DNA of 64,000 nucleotides from the human T2T-CHM13v2.0 reference genome, Homo sapiens. Location: NCBI RefSeq assembly GCF_009914755.1, contig NC_060930.1. One strand, 5' to 3'. The notes beneath the pieces were generated by a model that was not told where the DNA came from, did not search any database, and saw only the letters and a list, made by a program, of their open reading frames with translations. Of the stretch, positions 46,301-61,452 are shown piece after piece. The position numbers and the translations under genes are program-made. The first letter of the stretch is position 1. Each line of letters opens with the position of its first letter.

Positions 46301-47578
46301 ACTGCATTCTATTAATTACAAACTGAGATGTATCCTTTTGTCAAGAAGCTTAGAACTAAATGGATGCCTTCCCTTCAAAATAGTCTTATCCTAGGTCCCC
46401 CTGTATCTATGTTCCTATTTGTTTTAACTTTTCTTGTTAAATAATGATTATATTTCTTAAACATGTTTAGTACTATAAGTCACTTCAAAATTACTTTGGA
46501 GATACATAGTATATATTACAAAAATGTAATAAATCATATGCCACTGGGTTTCTAGTAGATCAAAGCATTATCTATTTTAGAAAAGTTAAATGAAGTATAG
46601 TAGTTTTATCTTAGCAAATGTAGACAGCTATTCATGCAAAGAATGTGGCTAAAAATATAAAGGACTTTACAATCTATTGGCGCTGCCCACTGGGTGACTT
46701 AAACAGTAGTTAAACTAGATTCAGCTGTGACTTTAATTGTTGATGCCATGTAAAAATAACTCCTGGATGTGATTTAATATTCTTGCTTCTGGAAATACTT
46801 GAACTAATTTATAAACACTAGAGGTGACTGAACATAGGCAGTGACCTAGTATTATGAGATGTTGCCAAATCATAATGAAGTTTCCAGAGAATGCAATGAG
46901 AAACAATGTATAACATTTCTTAGCCATTGTATTTTTAAAATGATATGTTTGGATGTAGGTTGTCATACACTTGGTTGAAGTTTATCAGTGGATAATAAAG
47001 ATGTTAAATGTAAACAGTGAATGATAGTAACATATAAGGTTTTTTAAGAGTGCTAAGAAGGTGTACTAAAGGTATCAGTTGAACTCTTTGGTTTCTACAA
47101 AAATGTTTTTCAACTTAACTCCCCACTGTCCCTGGACATAGTGTATGGAAGGATATGACCTGAGAGTTAGGATGTCTATCAAACCACTCACTTAGAAATT
47201 AAAGAGATGGCCTGATAAATATATTATTCACTGCCTACAGTGAAAAATTCATTTGATGTCCCATCTCTACCAGGAACAAATTGCTTTCCACTCGTAAAAG
47301 CCACCCATGAAATCCTGGAAGCCTTCTCAAAATGTATGTGTCTCTAAAATTGTTACTGGGATGATCAAGTCTCCATTCCTTCAGAATTCTTTCTTGGTTC
47401 TCCAATTTTTGGAATTTCAATCAGGTGATACCAGACGGGACTAGTCCCTCCTGACTTTTCCAAAGAGGACCTTCTGTTTTCACTGAAAGATTCTAAAATT
47501 CTATACAAAATCTGTTATTGATGCTAAAGAATTAACCAAAGAACAATTTCAAGCTTGAATGTGAGTTGAGCCAGGCAG

Positions 47579-48385
<807 letters not shown>

Positions 48386-48822
48386 GATTCCTACAGTCCT
48401 AGGAAACAAATAAAACTAAACTACAGTGGCCAAAGGAAGTTTTTCTTGCAGGTCCTACTGTGCATGTATGTTTGTGGGGAATTGGAAATGTTTTAAGCCT
48501 TCAACTATGGGTCTTTACCCATGATTTTGGGAGTTGTCTGGGGTTAGTTAGACATTTCTCAATTGGGTAACATCTATTAATAATTATAGTTTATAAAACC
48601 CTTTCTAGTAAACAGAAATTCATGGGGAAAACATCTATCCTATTGGAATCTTCACATCTTCCTAATACTTTGGAGGATGGTGGCTTAATTTTTGGTAGGA
48701 CAAAGGAATTTATTTTCTGTTCTTGCTAGGGGTTTGAGATCTAGAGACCTTCTCTCTTGTGGGCTCCTGTGGCTTTCTTGTCCACCATCACTGCACTTGC
48801 CACATTACATTACAATATCTGC

Positions 48823-48887
48823 ATATATATATATATATATGTGTATATATATATATATATGTGTGTGTATATATGTGTGTATATATA

Positions 48888-48947
<60 letters not shown>
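48823..48947. repeat. Compound (TA)/(TG) microsatellite with pure (TA)23
   Basis: Direct read; uninterrupted TA run at 48902-48947. Confidence 0.98.
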
Positions 48948-48949
<2 letters not shown>

Positions 48950-49639
48950 TTTTCCTTAATGTATTACTCACTCTGAGGGCCACAGTTTATTCATTTTTGC
49001 ATCCTAGTATATAGTCCTTGACAACCAATAGGTAGGTGTTCAGTAAGTGATGATTAAATAAATTAATACATGATGACATAGATTTTGAGGCTTTTATTTT
49101 TAAGATTTGGAGGCACAATTTAGTAACACTCCTGAATCCTATAGAACAGTCAAGGAAAATACATTTGGTTATCATTATCTAACGGCTTTTCCCAGTATAG
49201 CTCTGGGTACTGAGAACTTGCTTGATCTAACTTACTGAAGCCTCTTCTCATTTATCCACTTTATTATTCAAACAGCTGTGAAGATTTCTGGCTGGACTTG
49301 GCCATTTGTGTGTGGATATGGCAGGTCTGATTATGCAATTCTTCCTAGTCCCATCCTTCCTTTCAGCTTAGTCTCTAACCCTGAACTCTACCACGAGGAC
49401 ATCAGATGTGGGAGACTGACCACAGCTAAGTTCCTGTCTTTTGGCCACAGTGATTGAATTCTGTTTATCTGTAGCTTAGGTTCATTATTAATGTAGCAGT
49501 CTAAATAGAGGAAAAAGGATAAAGAGAAAGAGGAGAAATTGTTTTTGAGGCAAGTTGGTTCTTTTCCCAGTTTTCTAAGTTAGTCCAAGCTGGTAGTCCA
49601 GCCCCACGCCAAACACATAGGTAACCAAGCGACTTCTGA

Positions 49640-49810
49640 ATAAATGAGTCATAGTATCTAGAAGAAAAAAAAATTGCAAAGCTTATTTTTAAAACTTGAT
49701 AAAACTGAGATAGAGAGAATTCTAGTGATTTGCTCAAGATCGTACCAATAGCTAGATGCAAAGCTGAGACCAGGACCTAGATATCTGCACTCAGAATCCA
49801 CTTTTTATTA
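49640..49810 (-). mobile_element. MIR SINE
   Basis: gataaaactgagatagagag...gtgatttgctcaagatcgtaccaatagctag. Confidence 0.65.
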
Positions 49811-50319
49811 TGACTTTTGTTATTTAATATATAGCTTTATTTTTTGTAAAATTGATACTATTACAGTAGAAATAAGCTCACATGTCATACAAAGGTACCA
49901 ACAGAAGTGTGAAGCTTAGAGGATATCTCAACATTCCCAAGTAACTATTCTTGGTGAGTGTATTTTGAGGTATTTCTCTTTGCAACCACACACATACATG
50001 CAATTTTATACAAAACTCTACTTGCTGTCCTGTAATCTCTTTTTATCTTCTCTCAACATGTCATATGATTTCTTTCTGTGCCATTAAACATTCTCAGTAA
50101 TTTTCAGTACTATATAGTGTTTCATTGTTCATTTAGATCCTACTTTATTCCCATTTTTGAAGATTTCCATTATTTCCTAATTTTAGCTTTGAGACACAAT
50201 ACAGTAATTATAATCTTGTTCCATGATGTATTCTGCATCAATTCTACTGACTATACCACCTATATCTTCCATGGTAATGAGCCTTCTGATTACTTTCCTG
50301 TCTCCCATGTGTATATGGG

Positions 50320-50500
50320 CTATGGTCTGAAGCCTGCTTTGTGGTCTTGGGCAAGTCATTAAAATATCCTGCGCCTCAGTTTTCTCATCTGTAAATAAAG
50401 TTAATACCACTTGCTTCACAGGACTACAGTGATGATTTTTAAAAGCTAACATAAAATAGATGAAGTAGTGCTTAGCACATAATACTCAATGAATGTTATC
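50320..50500 (+). mobile_element. MIR SINE
   Basis: gtcttgggcaagtcattaaaatatcctgcgcctcagttttctcatctgtaaa. Confidence 0.8.
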
Positions 50501-52914
50501 TAGTAGGAAGGGGGAGGAGTCAGGTAGTTATGGTCTGAATTCTAAGGGACCAACAGAGATCTGTGCAAAAGTATTCTTTTATGATGACATTACATGCATC
50601 AATTTGAATGTGTGCAGCTGAAAGCTGACTGAAACTGTGGAAATTTTATCTTATTTATGACACATTCTGGATAACTTATACTCTTTCTTTCTATGAAGGC
50701 AAAAACTATGTCCTTTTGCTTATTGTTATATCCCCAGTAGCTAACAGATTGCCTGGTTCATAATAATAATAACAACAACAACATAAAGACAATGAGTAGC
50801 TAACATTTGTTGAATAGAAACTTAAGAAGTTCCTGTAAGTACTGAAACATGAGCAGAAGCAGGTCGAAGAGGTTAAGAACATTGACCTCTGGCTCATCAA
50901 GTTACACAGTGATAGTGAGGAGCCCCATCTGAAACTCAGTATTGGAGTTTGGAGGAGATCTCTCTACGTGGTAGCACTGTCCATATCCTTGATATTTCTC
51001 TGGGAGTTTCTGTCTAAGAAGATCCCCATGTAAGCCACTGGGATGAAGAACACTACTGAACATTGAAGTCTTGTTAGAATAATGACTGAAAAGGCTGGAG
51101 AAAGTCTCAATTCCTTAGAAAAGAGGGAATAATCTGGTAACAGTGATGAGGCAAGGGACAATGGTGCTTCTACAAATCATATCTTTATTATTGCTAGAAA
51201 TAACAACAAAAAACAGTTTGGAGATAATTCCAATCAATGTCACTACCAAAACAACTATAGGAATGTTAGAAAAACACAAATTTAAAAATGGGAACAGCAT
51301 TTTTGGATACACATGTACTCTCCAAACTGAATTTAGGGGTGCTAAAAAACTCAAAATATTACATCATAGCTTTAATTTTCATGATATTTTGTAGCGGCAC
51401 TGAACAAATGAACATTCTTTCAGTGGAAAATAACATTACCAATGTTGAGATGAAACATTTAATAAAAAAGCTTCTGTCTTTAAAGATTATTTGTCAATTT
51501 CAGCCGTAGTTTTAGCTATCATTAGAAAAGAATGTCTTCATGGTCACTCTTCCAATTGGTATATTTTTGTGAATACAGGAAGTCTGACATAACATTGTTT
51601 CCTGATTCTAATCATAGATTATATGTAATACTTAGGCATAAATATGCTCAGTGATAATTCTGAACTTTTTGGTAAAGTATATATTTTTTTCATTTTTCTC
51701 TTCTACCCACAACTTCTTCTTTTTGACCCAGTCTTCTTTTACTTATATCCTTACTTTTGCTTAAAATATTTTAATAATTTTTTTCTTACATTTACTTAAA
51801 AAAAGCAAAGCTATGTTATCCAGGGAGGGTGAATATTATGTATTATTTTTATAAATGATTTTTTATCTCTTAAAACTTACATGGTTCTGTCAAAAACTCT
51901 CATCTGGCAATTTGCCATTTTCAAAGCTTCATTCCATTGATTGCAATTTATATTTGTTGAATTAATAATCTATGTTTACTGGAGAAAGTTCAAGTAGAAA
52001 TGCATGTATATAGAACCATAGCACATTCAAATCATTGAGAATGATATACAACTAATGTGTACGTTAGATTCAATATTGTTGAAATTGCTAATCTTGCTAT
52101 AAAATGACAACTAGATACATTTCACCCTAATATGAATACACCCTCTGAAAAATACCTTTTCTATAATGACTGTTAAATAAAATATATGATTGTGTGAAAT
52201 ACAATAGGCAAACTTGTAACTGAGTTATTGACTTAATGTGCCTGAAGTGAAAATTATTTTCCATAAAATTATTTTCTACATAAAACTTATTTACATACAT
52301 AATTCTTCAACTTCTCAAATGCTGAAACACAAATAATTAATGATAAACATAATGAAATTGGCCATTTGGATTGAATGAAAGATTTTATTTTAATAAACCA
52401 ATGTTTACTACACCATATGTTGTACTGATGACTATTTAAAGAATTAACTTCTTGATAAAATTTGAATGATGCTACAAAAATTAATTGACTTGAATAAAAC
52501 ACTTTATTTTAATAAAAAAGTTTAATGTCATGGGGCTAACTGTGCTCATACTTTAAAGTAAATTAATTTTTATAATATCATTAAAATGTTCTCAAGGGAG
52601 AGAGTTCTGTAAACTGCCATTGATACCCCTACACCTGTTCCACCCACATCAAACAAAAATGGAACAGGATTGGGTGGAATTGGTCAAATGCCTAGAAGAG
52701 GAAGAACTGAACTGTCAAGTAGTCAGGATAATATGAAATCATTCAATGTGAGCTCTGAATGGTTGAGAAAGAGGAAAAAGTACTGCTCTAGTAGTTGGGT
52801 AAGGGATTTGGGTTTTTAGCCTCTTTATTATCAACTAAGTGGTTTTGGACAAGACATTCTTAACCTCGCTGAGTATCAAAAGTGAAGGGATTAGGTAATA
52901 AACAATAGATTATA

Positions 52915-53152
52915 CAGTCATCCCTTGGTATATGTACAGGATTGGCGTCAGGTCCCTTGCGTATAACAAAATCCTTACATACCCAAATGCCACAGTTAGC
53001 CTTGTGGAACTCGTGTTATACCAAAGATTGATCCTCTGTGTACTCGGGTTTCTCATCTTGTAAATGCTGTATTTTCCATCGGTGCTTTGTTGAACAGAAT
53101 CTACATAGAAGTGCACAACTGCAGTCCTGTTGTGCTGTTCAAGGGTCAACTG
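52915..53152 (+). mobile_element. MER8 (TcMar-Tigger non-autonomous element)
   Basis: TA|cagtcatcccttggtat...gctgttcaagggtcaactg; ~238 bp with TIRs. Confidence 0.85.
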
Positions 53153-53734
53153 TGTATAAAGTCTGTGTGGGGAAAGAGAAGATATCATGCTAGCTTAATA
53201 TTTATTTATTTTTTTAACAAGACAGTTAATGTATATTAAGCCCAAGCAAAGTCTCAGGTCCTGTGTAGTGAGCCATTTCCCTTTCCTAGAGCCAGGCTTA
53301 CTTTGTGTTCTTCATTACTATAAAATACAATTCTGCCATTATTTATATATATTAAATAATTTTAATCGGTCAGAATGGACTAAGCACTTAGGTATCACTA
53401 TCTAACATTTTAACTACTTTTAAGAAGTTGTTCTCCACTCAGGTGGCATTGAGTCAATGCATAACCTAATTGTAAAAGAGAAGCACACCTCATTTCTACA
53501 TAATTCTATGTTGAAGTGAAATGGTATCAGCTAGAAACACAAATACCTTATAAAAACTATTCATCCCATCTTCTAATTACTGTCAGGAAATAAATAAAAA
53601 CACTTGATGTTAACCTCACGAAGGCAAATTACCTTCCCTACCACCTCCCACATGTAAGTTCTAAGTTAGTTTTTAAACTGACAAAAAAACTTTATGGTGT
53701 TTTATTCCATGGCAGGTTTTAGGCCAAATCTCAA

Positions 53735-53745
53735 ACACACACACC

Positions 53746-53796
<51 letters not shown>

Positions 53797-53807
53797 ACAC
53801 ACACACA
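53735..53807. repeat. (CA)n microsatellite
   Basis: Direct read. Confidence 0.97.
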
Positions 53808-53985
53808 TCATGCTCATACACATACACACGTGGAAAGTGAAAGGGATTTAGTTGACATTCTAAATTCTGGGAAAAATCATCAAATTGTTTATTCTGAAGT
53901 TTATTTAATTGATTAAATTATATAATAAATATACTTGTTACCTCAATCACAGAATGATTTATTATTAAAACTTCATAGATTTTAA

Positions 53986-54833
<848 letters not shown>

Positions 54834-55819
54834 TTGATATATTAATGAATTATTTCAAGAGAAAAGTCAAGTGATTTCATAGGTGAAAGAATATTATTTT
54901 GTTAATTTATCCTGAAACTGTTTGCCTCTTACAGGCAACTGCTTAATGGGGGCAAATAAATAAATAAATAAATAAATAAAGCAAAAATATGTCTTTTTTG
55001 TTTAGTAGTCCCAAAGTATGAAAAGCTGAAGATTTATTTAAAATATGAATATATTCTACTAAAGAGATAATTTTCTCCTTTCTTTTTACCTGAAACAGTC
55101 AAGTAAAGATTCCACTTTTCTGCCCTTTGTTTTTTAGGAACCTCCTTTTGTTTTGCTTGTTGACATTAAAAAAAAAATCACTCTTGAAACTTACTAAGCA
55201 AAATGCTCCCTTTGGCAAATTTCCCAGAACAATATCTATAAATGCATGTTTAGGCTACAAACTACCGTTTACTTGGCACCAGATAATTTGTCATACCTTC
55301 CCCCACCATACTCATTTGTCTTCAAACATTAGTTAGATATGTGTAAATAATCACCAAATACAACTTTTGAATAGACAGCATAAAAAGGAGGTGAGGAGGA
55401 AAAAAAAAGAAAACAAACTTTGAAACCTTCCTTAGCTGACTCCTACAGAGAGAAAAGCAGTGGGAGAGAGCATATAGACATTGATATAGATATGAATATA
55501 TACGTGTGTGTGATTACATACATAAATGAAATTTATATTTGCAAAAGCAGCACATAGTCAACATGTGAACTGATAAATGCTTGCATGGAAATTGCTAAGA
55601 TTTCTGGAGAAAAAAGTAATAACTATTCTTTTTGCATATAATGCTGAAATAAATTTCGTGTGAATACGAATTGTCCAAGAAAGAAAAATGTTAGAAGAAA
55701 GATAGTAAATTTGGAAAAAAATTCTCAAATACAAGTACAAAAATGATAAAGAAAAAAGCAAAAATATTAACAATTTATATAAGCATAATTAAATGGCAAA
55801 AAGTTTGTATAGAATGTCA

Positions 55820-56250
55820 CTCTTTCAATAATGTTTTTATATTTTAATATCTGACAAAGCTATCAGTACTCATTACTCTTTTGTGTTATTTCTAGGTTTA
55901 CTCTTGTTGTTTTTTTCCTATATTAATTTCAGAATCATATTGTTAGAAAGCACCACCAACGAAAGAACTATTAGTATTTTTGTTGGTATTGCATTCAGTG
56001 TATTACTTTGCCTAGGAAGAGCTGACATATTTATAATGGTCCTTAATTATAATTTATAATTCTGCCTACCAAAAATCACGTATTCCAAGCTACCATTGTG
56101 TTACTTAGTAATAACTTAAAGTTTTATTTGTGCTTTTTTTTTAAATGTTGATCTTGGCATTTCTTATTTGGTTTATTCCTAGATATTTGGGGTTTTTTGG
56201 TAATATCTTAAATTTGATCTTTATCATTTCTTCTAAGTGGTTGTTCTTTC
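55820..56250 (-). mobile_element. Ancient L1ME ORF2 fragment
   Basis: aatttcagaatcatattgtt; ggtattgcattcag; gaagagctgacatattta; tttattcctagatattt. Confidence 0.6.
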
Positions 56251-56257
56251 AGAAACT

Positions 56258-56745
56258 CATTTGACAAATACTCATTGAGCATTTATTAAGTTCCAGTCAC
56301 TGTCTTAGGAACCAGAGATACAAAAGTGAACAAAGCAGACAGAAATCCTTGACTTTATGTCATGGTGGGGGAGATAGAAAATAATTAAGATTTATAATAC
56401 TAGTATGTTAGTATGTAAATATATTAGATAAAAGGAAGTGCTGAAAAGTGACAAATGGAGGTAAAAAGTGTCAAGACATAATTTGAAATTTTGAAATTTT
56501 AGATATGAACAAGAAAGACCTCACTGAACTGACACATAAAAAGCTTAACAAAAGGTGGAAGCAAGTCACATGCTTATCTGGGGTGGGGCATCCCAAGAAA
56601 ATAATACGACTTAAGCCCTGTGGTGGAACGTGGTTTATGTATTCAGGAATAGAGAGGAGAGGAGAACTGGGGAGATCGAAGAAGAAGGGCAGAGAGCTAT
56701 CAAGGTGAGAAGGAGGCTGCAGTTCATTTGGTGCCTTGTAAAAAT
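56258..56745 (-). mobile_element. L2 LINE 3' region
   Basis: tcatttgacaaatactcattgagcatttattaagttccagtcactgtcttagg...aaagcagacagaaatccttgac. Confidence 0.75.
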
Positions 56746-56859
56746 TGTGTATGTACACACATATATACATATATATGAATATATAAATATACATATTTAA
56801 ACATATGTTATACTTTAATTGAATGTATATGTATTTGTATACTTTTTGAAGTTTGAATT

Positions 56860-57660
56860 GATTGATTGATTATTTTTATGGCCTAATATATAGGCAATTT
56901 TTGTGAATGTTTTAAAAGCAGGCTGTATTTTCCATTTTTACCAAAGAGACAGTTTTCCATTTTCTCTGTAGAATTTATGAAATATATAGATAGATAGGCA
57001 GATAGGCAAATGGGAAGATAGATCTATGATATGTGATAGATGGATGGACAGATAGAAAATTACTTCATTAAATGTTAAATGTCTTTAACATCTTTATGGT
57101 TTATTCACACTGTAATAAAATGAGAGTAGTAAACTAATGTTTTTATTATACTACTTTCTATTTCTCCTTGCATCGTCTATAATTTCTGTTTTATAGATGC
57201 TACTACTATCATATTTGGTGCATAAATATATATAACTGTCTATTTTCAATGTGAATGGTTCTCTTTATCGTTATGAAGTACCCGTTGGACTGATATTAAG
57301 ATTGCAACTCCTATATTTTTTTGTTTGTATATTTGCATTTGTTGGCATACCTTTACTCATCCCTTTTTAATTTAATTTTTTTAACATTTCTAAATCTCTT
57401 TTTTTGTTAAGTGACTATCTAGTATAAAGAAAAATGTTAGGTGTTTGTTTGTTTGTTTGTTTTTTTTCTGATACCAAATCTGAGACTAATTCTTCTCCCC
57501 TAGTGTTTCCAGTTACCCTTTGGTTGGCTGAAGTTCATTCTATTGAAGTTTCTTCCGTAGGATTCATGGGAATAATATTTCCGTGGATATTACATATGCA
57601 AAATTCTCTGCATGCAGTATTTATACTAGCATGACAACTTGATTAGATATAAATCTCACA
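56860..57660 (-). mobile_element. Ancient L1M (ORF2 5'/endonuclease region) fragments
   Basis: tatggcctaatatataggcaatttttgtgaatgtt; gatattaagattgcaactcc; atacctttactcatccc. Confidence 0.55.
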
Positions 57661-57669
57661 TCTACTTCT

Positions 57670-58030
57670 ACCATTAACAGAATGTTGGTGCCTCCTCAAA
57701 CTTCATATGTTGAAACCTATCCCTGATGTGATGGTATTAGGATGTAGGGTCTTCAGGAGGTAGTTAGGTCACAAGGGTAAAACCCTCATGAATGGGATTA
57801 GTGCCCTTCTAAAAAACGGCCCCAGAAAGCTCCCCTGTTCCTTCTGCTATATGAAAACACAGCAAGAAGGTACTGTCTATGAACCAAGAGGAGAGGCCTC
57901 ACCAAAAAATGAATCTGATCGCACGTTGATCTTAGACTTGGCAACCTCTAGAACTTTGGGACATAAATTCCTATTGTTTATAAACCAACGAGTATGGCAC
58001 TCTCTTTTAGGATCCTAAAGGGACTAAGGC
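57670..58030 (+). mobile_element. MLT1A-like solo LTR
   Basis: ttcatatgttgaaaccta...ccctcatgaatgggattagtgccctt...ttgatcttagactt...taaattcctattgtttataaacc. Confidence 0.8.
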
Positions 58031-58498
58031 AATTTCCTTTGAGGGTCTTGTAGGTTCTCTTGCAATAAATGTCACTCTTGCAAAGTCTGTGGACAGCCTG
58101 AATTTTCTCAACACATAGATGCTTGATGTTTTTTGCCTGCCTGTCCAAACAATTTGTTCTCTACATTTGATGTCCAATATATTTACTAGTTCAAGCCTCG
58201 ATATCAATTTTGGAGGTTAAATTTGCAGTATATGGTGCAAAGTGCATTCTTATATTTAGATTCAAGTTTTTTGAATTGTTAAACTCTTAAGCTCTGCATT
58301 AGCTACTATATTTTGTTGGATCATATGAATAGAAGACAAATCTTCAAGTCTGAACAAAGAAAACACCTTGATAAGTTCAGAGCTGATATGATACTGTCTA
58401 ACTCATTATTACCATCAATTATCCCTGAAACTACTGAGATTGATATATGCTATGTAATTGGGCCTTATTCCTGGCAGACCATGTCAAACTCAAACCTT

Positions 58499-59481
58499 TA
58501 CCATCAGAGTGAACAGGGAACCTACAGAATGGGAGAAAATTTTTGTAATCTACTCATCTGACAAAGGGCTAATATCCAGAATCTACAAAGAACTCAAACA
58601 AATTTACAAGAAAAAAACAAACAACCCCATCACAAAGTGGGCGAAGGATATGAACAGACACTTCTCAAAAGAAGACATTTATGCAGCCAACAGACACATG
58701 AAAAAAATGCTCATCATCACTGGCCATCAGAGAAATGCAAATCAAAACCACGATGAGATACCATCTCACACCAGTTAGAATGGTGATCATTAAAAAGTCA
58801 GGAAACAACAGGTGCTGGAGAGGATGTGGAGAAATAGGAACACTTTTACACTGTTGGTGGGACTGTAAAGTAGTTCAACCATTGTGGAAGACAGTGTGGT
58901 GATTCCTCAGGGATCTAGAACTAGAAATACCATTTGGCCCAGCCATCCCGTTACTGGGTATATACCCAGAGGATTGTAAATCATGCTGCTAGAAAGACAC
59001 ATGCACACGTATGTTTATTGAGGCACTATTCACAATAGCAAAGACTTGGAACCAACCCAAAAGTCCAACAATGATAGACTGGATTAAGAAAATGTGGCGC
59101 ACATACACCATGGAATACTATGCAGCCATTAAAAAGGATGACTTCATGTCCTTTGTAGGGACATGGATGAAGCTGGAAACCATCATTCTCAGCAAACTAT
59201 CGCAAGGACAAAAAAACCAAAAACCGCATGTTCTCACTCATAAGTGGGAATTGAACAATGAGAACACTGGGACACAGGATGGGGAACATCACACACCGGG
59301 GCCTGTTGTGGGGTGGGGGCAGGGGGGAGGGATAGCATTAGGAGATATACCTAATGTAAATGATGAGTTAATGGGTGCAGCACACCAACATGGCACACGC
59401 ATACATGTGTAACAAACCTGCACGTTGTGCACATGTACCCTAGAACTTAAAATATAATAAACACTTATTAAAAAAAAAAAA
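58499..59481 (+). mobile_element. 5'-truncated L1PA (PA4-like) 3' end
   Basis: taccatcagagtgaacagg... ORF2 C-terminal fragments (ORFs 58458, 59011), L1PA 3'UTR and A tail; no TSD found. Confidence 0.95.
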
Positions 59482-61452
59482 CCAGAGAAGCTCACCTGAA
59501 AAAAAAAATCACATAAATTCCAGAGGAGATTTGCATGGTTGCTGCTTGAATACCTTTCCTGTATTTAACTGTTATATTTTGAAGAATGAGATTTATCCTG
59601 ATGTGTCTGAATTCATGTTATAATCAGTTGCATTAACCTGGGCTCATAATTTTGATTTTATAACAGCAGTGCTATGTACTGAAGACAGTCTTGTAGGTAG
59701 TGGTAATCATATGCCATTTTCTAAACCTGTAGCCTTTTAGCTTTTAAAGGTATAGTTCCTCCCACTCCCAATAGGTTAAGAAATAGATCCTAATAAGAAA
59801 ATGATGAGTCTAGAAAGGAGACCTATTTGAAACAATCAGTGAGGCCCTATTTATCTGCAAAGGAATATATAAAACATTGTACACTCACACTCTATAATTT
59901 TGACTCTTTTTTTTCTCTTTTCCAGTCTTATCTGTTCTGCTTTGCCTTCTCCCTCACTTGGGAACTGTACTTGATGAGTTGGGGTCCAGGCTACATATCC
60001 TGGCTCAGTGTCATATATACCTCAACAGCCCATGAGTCACTCTCTTGTTTCTTGGAAAGAGAAGGCTGGCTTGTTTAACTGTCAACTTGGTGAACTCCCA
60101 CGGTTCCCCAGAGCATTAGCTGAAAGAAAATCTCTTTGCAACAACCATTCCCTAGCCAACACTAACATAACGGAGAGCATGTAAACAGTTGGCTTGACTG
60201 ATTGTTACAGGGGTTGAAGCAAAGCAAGAGTGGCTTCCACTCAGACAATGGAATCTTCACTCTATATGCAAATTTCCTGGCTCCCATTTCTGGGACTGTT
60301 CACACTTCAGAGTGTGCAGTCTCAAAATGTGCTAATGCTCCTCACAAGGCCCAGAGCACAGAACTCTCAGGTCACTACCACAGGACTTCGATTTCACTGA
60401 GTTTAGGTGACCTGTGCTTCAAAGCAAGAGCTAAACTCTAGAGCTGGATTTCTTAGGAGTTCTTTGCTGTACACCCCTCCCTTTCAAGACTCTCCTAAAT
60501 GGGTTTAATTCTAGCTTTACTGTGGCTTTTGGCAAAGCAAGTGAACATTAGGGATCTCAAAAATATGTAGTTAATTATATATTACTGCAAAGTACTATGC
60601 TGAGGAATGATCATAATGTCTTCCAAACTATGTACCACTGTTTGAACATAACCATAGAAAACACATAAAAACACATGGATGCGAGAGAGTGATGCCAGGT
60701 TTGGCTTTTGTGTTGTCAATCTTTTAATGTAAAAATATAACAAAAAAAAGATAGCGATTTAAACTTTTAAATTTCATGTTTTTCTTTCTCCCAGTAGTAA
60801 ACTGTCAATGTTGAGAAAGTGTCCAATTTTGTTTAAAGATAAACTACAACAAACTTACCAGCACAGTCAGATTCTGACTCTGTCATTTGCTTTGACAGCA
60901 GAGGTCTAAATCCAAAATGATAAAGTGCTTCTTTTTCATCTTCCGGCTGTAACTGTAAGTGATAATAACTGAATGCTACTCATGTTACAGTAAGTGTCTA
61001 TATGTATATTTTCTTTAGTTCTTTGGGCATAAAGTATCCCTTAACTCCAGGGATTTTGCAAATGTCTTTATAAATGTATTAGATTTTGTTTTATATGTAG
61101 TTACAGAAATCTTGAGGTGGTGTTTATATAATTAAAAATATTTTATTGTAAGGGAAATATTTAAGTGACTCAGATGTTTCCACAGTTATTAGATATCATG
61201 GGGAAGAATCCAAATGGCTGATAATATGTTTTAATAAAACATGTAGTGTTTGTTATGAGGAACAGGACTTTTCAAATATTAAATGTGTATCACTTAAATA
61301 TGCTGAATATAAAATTATTAGCTTTATTCTGTAAGTGAATAAATATTTCATAAGGTTCTATCATGTGTCAGATACTTGGAAGAGTGCTAAAGAATCAATT
61401 ATCTGAGCTACCATATGTACTGAGAATGGATTATCTTATAAGAATTCTCATA

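Noticed and set aside
46679-46699. CTCF-like motif (rc cacccagtgggcagcgcc)
   Set aside because: Several mismatches in core positions.
48692-48976. YI/CV-repeat ORFs
   Set aside because: Translations of the TA/TG microsatellite.
51143-51394. 83-aa ORF with a signal-peptide-like N-terminus
   Set aside because: No recognisable homology, promoter or splice context; length is expected by chance.
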